From contig NC_068987.1 in assembly GCF_001194135.2 (NCBI RefSeq), positions 99,712,901 to 99,748,941 of the forward strand: a DNA stretch of 36,041 bases. The letters are read 5' to 3'. The position numbers were made by a program, and so were the translations under genes. Of this stretch, positions 35,087-36,041 are shown in pieces (within the stretch, counting starts at the first letter, position 1; every line of letters begins with the position of its first letter). The notes under the pieces are model-generated. The model saw only the letters and a list, made by a program, of their open reading frames with translations. It was not told where the DNA came from and did no database searches. The stretch is from Octopus bimaculoides (taxonomy: Eukaryota).

Positions 35087-36041
35087 GAATTTCTGGCATT
35101 CTTTTTTCCGATTCGTTTCGTTCTGAGATCCATTCTTGGAGAAATCCACTTTACCTTCCACATTTATAGTTACAGCTAAAAAAAAAAAAGTAAGATTTAT
35201 TTAACACTTTCTCTCCCTATATCTGCATCTGATTTTGAGAATCCGTCACGCTGTGTTACAACTAATAATTTGTAAATATCTCCTAAGATCTTTCTTCCAA
35301 TTCGGCACAAAATTTCTGCTATGGAAATGATGCTGATAAAATGATGCTGATAATCATCATTAAGCACGACGAACTCGATTGAGCTTAAGTGATTATGGTG
35401 ATATTTACGATGAGGATAACGACATGCAAATTTAGTTGACGATTTCAAGCGAACATAGAGCAAAGAAAATTAGAAACATTGAAGGATAAGTTTGAATAAC
35501 ATATTACATTCCAAGTATATATTATTGCATAATGAAAGAAATAGAAAGAAACGGAGATATCGTCCTCACTATGATAACAACCTATCATGTCGATGCTTAT
35601 TGAATGAGACAAGATGAAGGACAAATAAATAGTGTTTAATGTTATCAAATCATTTAATAATTCGATATATCTTTCAAATAGTCGACCTATTCAGCGCATA
35701 TTAGAACTAAAAAGCAGCACGTTGGATTTTACAGTTGAGATTAGGTATTTGCAGAATAAGACACACGCCACATCAAACGAACGAGCCAACAATCATTGAA
35801 TCATAAACAAAGGTGCATTGAAAAAATAGGATAATTATTGCAAAATGTTAAGCTATCTCCACATCTGTATGATCGAATTATCTGAAAGGGAAATCAGCTT
35901 TCTTTTTTTCTATATCACACTTAATTACTAAAGATACAATATTTACGTTCGATTCAAGAATACTATAATTTTACACTTCAAACATATAGAAACTGTTGTG
36001 GTACTGAATGCATTGGTAATTTAAAGTCGCTATAATTCCTC

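Overview
AT-rich eukaryotic genomic DNA from a gapped scaffold with six N-runs, most of them flanked by microsatellites. The dispersed tRNA-derived SINE families look like those of Octopus (coleoid cephalopod), but this is recognition from memory, not a database result. I found no credible host protein-coding exon, rRNA, true tRNA or CRISPR array, and most of the ORF track is microsatellite translation, N-runs or antisense of decayed elements. The window is a layered transposon graveyard. It holds the 3' end of an R4/Dong-type RLE non-LTR element ending in (AAT)n, two stacked HERO-type RLE fragments, several heavily decayed APE/RT LINEs (nearly all on the minus strand), a Neptune-type Penelope-like element with a GIY-YIG endonuclease, Ty3/Gypsy pol and integrase relics, a Tc1 transposase relic and about ten SINE copies. 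The most notable signals are minimal type-I hammerhead-ribozyme folds. One has a non-canonical core and sits in the 3' repeat of the Penelope-like element. Another sits in a short non-coding repeat that may be the 3' half of a tRNA-headed element, which would make a Pol III plus ribozyme composite. All assignments of decayed elements come from manual translation and motif matching and need HMM or Dfam confirmation.
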